Source: Candidatus Aegiribacteria sp. (lineage in GTDB: Bacteria; Fermentibacterota; Fermentibacteria; Fermentibacterales; JCC-6). Taken from it: a DNA stretch of 10,651 nucleotides. The first letter of the stretch is position 1, and every line of letters begins with the position of its first letter. Positions 6,821 to 10,651 of this stretch are shown here, in pieces. Under the pieces are notes generated by a model, which saw only the letters and a program-made list of their open reading frames with translations, made no database searches and was not told the origin of the DNA. Position numbers and translations under genes: made by a program. Where the stretch lies: contig JAWOBF010000144.1 in the NCBI GenBank assembly GCA_046498225.1, positions 1 to 10,651 of the forward strand, read 5' to 3'.

Positions 6821-8035
6821 TTACTTCTGGGGCCGGCCGTCCAGCCAGACCTGTTCGACACCGCTTCGAATGTCCAGGGGGTCGCCTCCGAACAGCACCA
6901 GGTCGGCAAGCTTACCCTTCTCGATGGAGCCCAGGTCATCGTCCAGACCAAGCAGCCGTGCGGGATTGAGGGTTATGGCCCTGAGGGCGACGTCGTTCGG
7001 AAGCCCGTTGGCCACGCAGACGGCCGCGTTGTTCGTCAGCCACTGCACTCCCCAGCTGGCGTCGGTCTGAATGCAGATATCCACCCCGGCCTCATGGAGT
7101 ACCGCCGCGTTGGCCAGGTTCAGCCCCATGAGTTCCGCCTTGTAGCGCATGCCGATGTAGTGCGGACCTATAACACAAGTGACTCCCGCCTCCGCCAGCT
7201 CCGGGGCCACCCTGTAGCCCTCGGTGCAGTGCTCGATGGAGACATGAAGGCCGAACTCGTCAGCCACACGAAGGGCGGTGAGGATATCGTCGGCCCTGTG
7301 GGCGTGGCACCGGGCCATCATCTCACCGCTGAGCACGGGCAGCAGAGCTTCCTGCTTCAGGTCCACCTCGAATGGAGCCGGTGGACAGTCCTTGTTCTCC
7401 CCGCAGCCGCCGCCTTTTTCCAGCTTCTCCCGGTGATGCGCCTTCTTCTCGGCGTAGTTCTTCGCTTTGCGAAGGGCCAGGCGCAGCACCGCGGCATTCG
7501 CCATTCGAGTGGAGGGTGTCTTCTTTTTCTGGCCGTAGGTGCCCTTGGGATTGTAACCGAGGGCCATCTTCATGCCAACCGGGTATTTCCGCACCATCTC
7601 GTCCACGGTGCGGCCCGAAGTGCGTATGGCCGCCCCGGTCCCGCCTATCAGGTTGGCGGAGCCGGGAAGGGTGCAGACCGTCGTTATTCCGCAGGACAGG
7701 ACGTCGGGGAAGGCTACCGCATGGGGGTTCAGGGAGTCTATCACTCTCAGGTGAGGCGTTATCGGGTCGGTAGCCTCGTTGCCGTCCCAGTTGTCCTCGC
7801 CCTGGTTCTCGTTGAAGACCCCGATGTGGGCGTGCGCGTCGATGAGCCCCGGAGTAAGGTGCATTCCCCGGGCCTCTATGCGCTTCGCCCCCCGGGGTAT
7901 CTTCACACTGTCTTCCGGCCCGGCCTCAAGGATACGATCGCCGGAGATAAGAACCGACCCGGGCTCCAGGACATCCCCACTGACGGTATGGACCGTGGCT
8001 CCGACGATGGCGGTAACATTCTCCCTGTCTCCCAT
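6821..8035 (-). CDS. Metal-dependent amidohydrolase (imidazolonepropionase-like superfamily)
   Basis: LTPGLIDAHAHIG metal-binding motif, MKMALG, HAHRADDI, IEH, QTDA and TLNPARLLGLDDDLGSIEKGKLADLV. Confidence 0.92.
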   Translation of the reverse strand: MGDRENVTAIVGATVHTVSGDVLEPGSVLISGDRILEAGPEDSVKIPRGAKRIEARGMHLTPGLIDAHAHIGVFNENQGEDNWDGNEATDPITPHLRVIDSLNPHAVAFPDVLSCGITTVCTLPGSANLIGGTGAAIRTSGRTVDEMVRKYPVGMKMALGYNPKGTYGQKKKTPSTRMANAAVLRLALRKAKNYAEKKAHHREKLEKGGGCGENKDCPPAPFEVDLKQEALLPVLSGEMMARCHAHRADDILTALRVADEFGLHVSIEHCTEGYRVAPELAEAGVTCVIGPHYIGMRYKAELMGLNLANAAVLHEAGVDICIQTDASWGVQWLTNNAAVCVANGLPNDVALRAITLNPARLLGLDDDLGSIEKGKLADLVLFGGDPLDIRSGVEQVWLDGRPQK

Positions 8036-8232
8036 CTTGATACCTCTCTATGTAATCATGTATCCGTCCCGCGGTTCTGAACGGAACTGACCATACCTTC
8101 CGTAAACGCGGCCTGTCAATGATGAGCCGGGCTGCCGGGCCTGAACGTACCTGTGCATGGAAGTCCGCACCCGTTATTCTATTACAGGTGAACGTGCTTT
8201 ACGTACAGCGAATGACGCAGGGAGGCATAAAA

Positions 8233-9423
8233 ATGGGAAAGAGAGTAAAGGGCAACGTCACATGGGTGGGCAAGGTGGACTGGGAGCTGCGGAGTTTTCA
8301 CGGAGACGAGTATTCCACCCACAAGGGTTCCACGTACAATTCCTACCTGGTCAGGGAGGGGAAGAACGTAGTCATAGACACCGTCTGGAAGCCATTCGCC
8401 GCCGAATTCGTGGAAAACCTCGGGAAGGAGATAGACCTCTCGGAGATAGACTGTGTGATAGCCAACCACGGGGAGATAGACCACAGCGGAGGGCTGCCCG
8501 AGCTGATGAAGCACATACCCGATACACCTGTCTACTGCACCGCCAACGCGGTAAAGTCACTGAAGGGCCATTACCATCGGGACTGGGACTTCAGGGTGGT
8601 GAAGACGGGGGACACGCTGGACATAGGCAACGGCAAGAGCCTGGTGTTCGTGGAGATGCCGATGCTTCACTGGCCGGACAGCATGGCCACCTACATGACC
8701 GGCGACAACATCCTCTTCAGCAACGACGCCTTCGGCCAGCACTACGCCACGGAGCTTCTGTTCAACGACCTGGTGGACCAGTGCGAACTGATGAAAGAGT
8801 GCATAAAGTATTACGCCAACATACTCACTCCCTTCAGCCCGCTGGTCACGAAGAAGATTCAGGAAGTGCTGGACCTGGGAGTTCCCATCGACATGATAGC
8901 CACCAGCCACGGAGTGGTATGGAGGGACAACCCGGTCCAGATAGTGGAGAAATACATGGAATGGGCCGACCAGTACCGGGAGAACCAGATAACCATCCTC
9001 TACGATACCATGTGGAACGGCACCCGGACCATGGCGGAGAGCATAGCCGAAGGCATAAAGCGGGAGGACGGTGAGGTGACCCTCAAACTCTTCAATATTC
9101 CCGGGTCGGACAGGAACGACGTTATCACCGAGGTGTTCAAGTCCAGGGCGATTCTGGTGGGGTCGCCCACCATCGGAGGGGGCATCACCAGCGGCACCGC
9201 CGGTATCCTCGAGGAGATACAGGGCCTGCGCTTCAGGGGCAAGAAGGCCGCGGCCTTCGGCTGCTACGGCTGGAGCGGCGAGGGCGTGCCCAGAATAACC
9301 CGGTGGCTGGAGGAGGCCGGCTTCGAAGTTGTGAACGAAGGTATCAGGAGCCTCTGGAACCCGGACCGGGAGAGCATCGAACAGTGCGTCGCCTTCGGGA
9401 GGGAGCTGGCCTCCGTCACATGA
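8233..9423 (+). CDS. fprA: Flavodiiron protein (FprA / flavorubredoxin core; O2/NO reductase, class A)
   Basis: RBS GGAGG before ATG 8233. [33 protein letters not shown] and SHG diiron ligands. Flavodoxin domain YDTMWNGT...GSPT...FGCYGWSGE. No fused rubredoxin domain. Confidence 0.95.
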   Translation: MGKRVKGNVTWVGKVDWELRSFHGDEYSTHKGSTYNSYLVREGKNVVIDTVWKPFAAEFVENLGKEIDLSEIDCVIANHGEIDHSGGLPELMKHIPDTPVYCTANAVKSLKGHYHRDWDFRVVKTGDTLDIGNGKSLVFVEMPMLHWPDSMATYMTGDNILFSNDAFGQHYATELLFNDLVDQCELMKECIKYYANILTPFSPLVTKKIQEVLDLGVPIDMIATSHGVVWRDNPVQIVEKYMEWADQYRENQITILYDTMWNGTRTMAESIAEGIKREDGEVTLKLFNIPGSDRNDVITEVFKSRAILVGSPTIGGGITSGTAGILEEIQGLRFRGKKAAAFGCYGWSGEGVPRITRWLEEAGFEVVNEGIRSLWNPDRESIEQCVAFGRELASVT

Positions 9424-9501
9424 TCCGCGGCATCCATCATACCCGCCATCAACATGGTTACGGTCACCTGCGCCGTTCTGATGCTGAAGAACACCGTGGA
9501 T

Positions 9502-9522
9502 ACCGGCTGATAAGCTGCCGGT
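9502..9522. terminator. Short hairpin between convergent genes
   Basis: ACCGGC-9nt-GCCGGT, 4 nt downstream of the minus-strand stop at 9527. Confidence 0.3.
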
Positions 9523-9526
9523 CCCT

Positions 9527-9772
9527 TCACCGGTCCGGAGTGATCTCCTCAACCTCGATTATCCTGTCGAAGGGAGCCCCCGACTTCATGAAGAGCTGCC
9601 TGAGGTCGTTTTTCGAGGGGGCCTCCCAGCAGCAGCAGGCGAATCCCTCCCCGTAGTTAACGTATGCCTTCACCAGTTCTATCTCGCTTCCACCGGAAGC
9701 CTGAACGACGCTGGCTCAAGCGCTCCTGATAGCTTCCTCCGGCAGTTTTGGCATCGTTACAAGATATGTCAT
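9527..9772 (-). CDS. Small DUF4242/SCO4226-like protein with an in-frame TGA (codon 19); candidate selenoprotein, 81 aa
   Basis: Minus-strand translation MTYLVTMPKLPEEAIRSA(TGA)ASVVQASGGSEIELVKAYVNYGEGFACCCWEAPSKNDLRQLFMKSGAPFDRIIEVEEITPDR*. RBS AGGGGGG before the ATG. The vkaYv...CxxEAPs...p.drI.eV pattern resembles DUF4242. A SECIS-like hairpin follows the TGA. Confidence 0.75.
9672..9715 (-). promoter_or_regulatory. Bacterial SECIS-like stem-loop immediately 3' of the in-frame UGA
   Basis: UGA-GCCA gcguc GUUC ag GCUUCC-GGU-GGAAGC gagaua GAAC UGGU. Perfect 6-bp apical stem with a GGU loop starting after 21 nt from the UGA, plus a lower stem (GUUC/GAAC, GCCA/UGGU). Confidence 0.65.
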
Positions 9773-9815
9773 GATTCCCCCCTGATTCCGTTTTCACAAC
9801 CCGTCAGCTTTCAAT

Positions 9816-9844
9816 ATGATATGCTCCGGGTAAAATGAAGACAA
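9816..9844 (-). promoter_or_regulatory. Putative sigma70-type promoter for the 9527-9772 gene (TTGTCT-17-TATCAT)
   Basis: Minus strand: -35 at 9844-9839, 17-nt spacer, -10 at 9821-9816, 43 nt upstream of the ATG. Confidence 0.55.
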
Positions 9845-9946
9845 GCTCCGTGCTCCGCCTTCCCCGCCGCGGCTGCTTTGGGTCATTCTTCCCCGGGTAG
9901 TTATTATTGGAATGCTGGTGTAAGTTCCGGAAGGAAGGATGAAGAT

Positions 9947-10651
9947 ATGCGGGTCATCACGGTCATGGTTCTGTTCATGGCGTTGCCCCTTTGTGCCGTT
10001 ACCCTCATCTCCAGGTCCGACGGTCTGGAGATACCCCTGAAGGAGGCCGGACACACGGAGCTGGAGATAGGCGACGTGAACGGGGACGGCCACCTGGACC
10101 TGGTCTCGGTGGGGGACCACGGCTCGCCCTGGATCAACTCGGACCAGCACGGGATAATGGTATGGCTGGGGGACGGGGGAGACACCTGGCCGGTGGTGCA
10201 GACAGGCGAATTCGGGTACGGCGGATGCGCGCTCGGGGACCTTAACGGCGACGGGTATCTGGACATTGCCTGGGGCATACATCACGATTACGCCTCGGGC
10301 GGCATAGGCGACAAGATAATGGGCGCCGCTCTCGGCGACGGGACCGGCGGCGGATGGACGCAGTGGGACGAAGGGCTGGCCTCCAGCGGCGAGGACTGGG
10401 GCATGTTCGCCACCGACCTCGCGGACTTCGATCTGGACGGCGACCTCGACATCGTCTGCGAGTCCTTCGGCGCCGACAACGGCGTAAGGGTGTACGAGAA
10501 CCATGGCGACGGCACCTGGACACAGGCCTGGCTCATCGACGGCTGGAACTCCAACTACACGGTCGAGACCGGGGATTTCAACGCCGACGGTTTCCCGGAC
10601 TTCATCTGCACCAGGTGGGGAACCCAGGTGTATTTCGGTGACGGCGGCTTC
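9947..10651 (+). CDS. Secreted FG-GAP/VCBS repeat protein (3'-truncated by the window)
   Basis: ATG 9947 follows AAGGAAGGA. Signal peptide MRVITVMVLFMALPLCA. Repeats GDVNGDGHLDLV, GDLNGDGYLDIA, ADFDLDGDLDIV and GDFNADGFPDFI. The frame is open to the window end. Confidence 0.92.
   Translation, partial: MRVITVMVLFMALPLCAVTLISRSDGLEIPLKEAGHTELEIGDVNGDGHLDLVSVGDHGSPWINSDQHGIMVWLGDGGDTWPVVQTGEFGYGGCALGDLNGDGYLDIAWGIHHDYASGGIGDKIMGAALGDGTGGGWTQWDEGLASSGEDWGMFATDLADFDLDGDLDIVCESFGADNGVRVYENHGDGTWTQAWLIDGWNSNYTVETGDFNADGFPDFICTRWGTQVYFGDGGF

Noticed and set aside
8125..8136. AGCCGGGCTGCC upstream of fprA, matching the 3' end of aptamer 2
   Set aside because: There is no GCAAA/P2/GACGCAAA core upstream, so it is not a riboswitch.
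9421..9510. Sec read-through of the fprA TGA (frame stays open for 28 codons, SAASIIPAINMV...)
   Set aside because: FprA is already complete at the TGA and no SECIS-like hairpin follows it.
9716..9718. Genome-wide UGA reassignment (genetic code 4 or 25) as the explanation for the in-frame TGA
   Set aside because: Several genes in the window terminate properly at TGA (2495, 2697, 3316, 5862, 9423), and no long gene contains an internal TGA.
4561..10504. Long antisense or alternative-frame ORFs (e.g. 4561-5259, 6258-7070, 7094-8080, 8157-9074, 8557-9552, 9303-9656, 9794-10504)
   Set aside because: These are shadow ORFs of GC-rich genes. They overlap well-supported CDSs and have no recognisable motifs.

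Overview
GC-rich bacterial window. Secreted proteins with a C-terminal T9SS/FlgD-Ig-type sorting domain and FG-GAP repeats, plus a flavodiiron protein, suggest an anaerobic FCB-group organism such as Ca. Fermentibacteria; this is inference only. Gene order: partial TspO/MBR, secreted beta-propeller protein, two small membrane-protein ORFs missing from the ORF track, a tandem c-di-GMP-I (GEMM)-type riboswitch ahead of a small secreted TPR-like protein, a stand-alone V4R protein, an orphan dihydrolipoamide dehydrogenase-like flavoprotein, an amidohydrolase plus hypothetical protein, a flavodiiron protein (FprA), a hidden 81-aa minus-strand gene and a partial FG-GAP/VCBS protein. Two items stand out. 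(1) The hidden gene at 9527-9772 (-) resembles DUF4242 and has an in-frame TGA followed by a bacterial SECIS-like hairpin, an RBS and a promoter, making it a candidate new selenoprotein. (2) Both tandem GEMM aptamers carry U at the ligand-specificity position (G20 in c-di-GMP binders, A20 in cGAMP binders) and appear to share one P1 strand.
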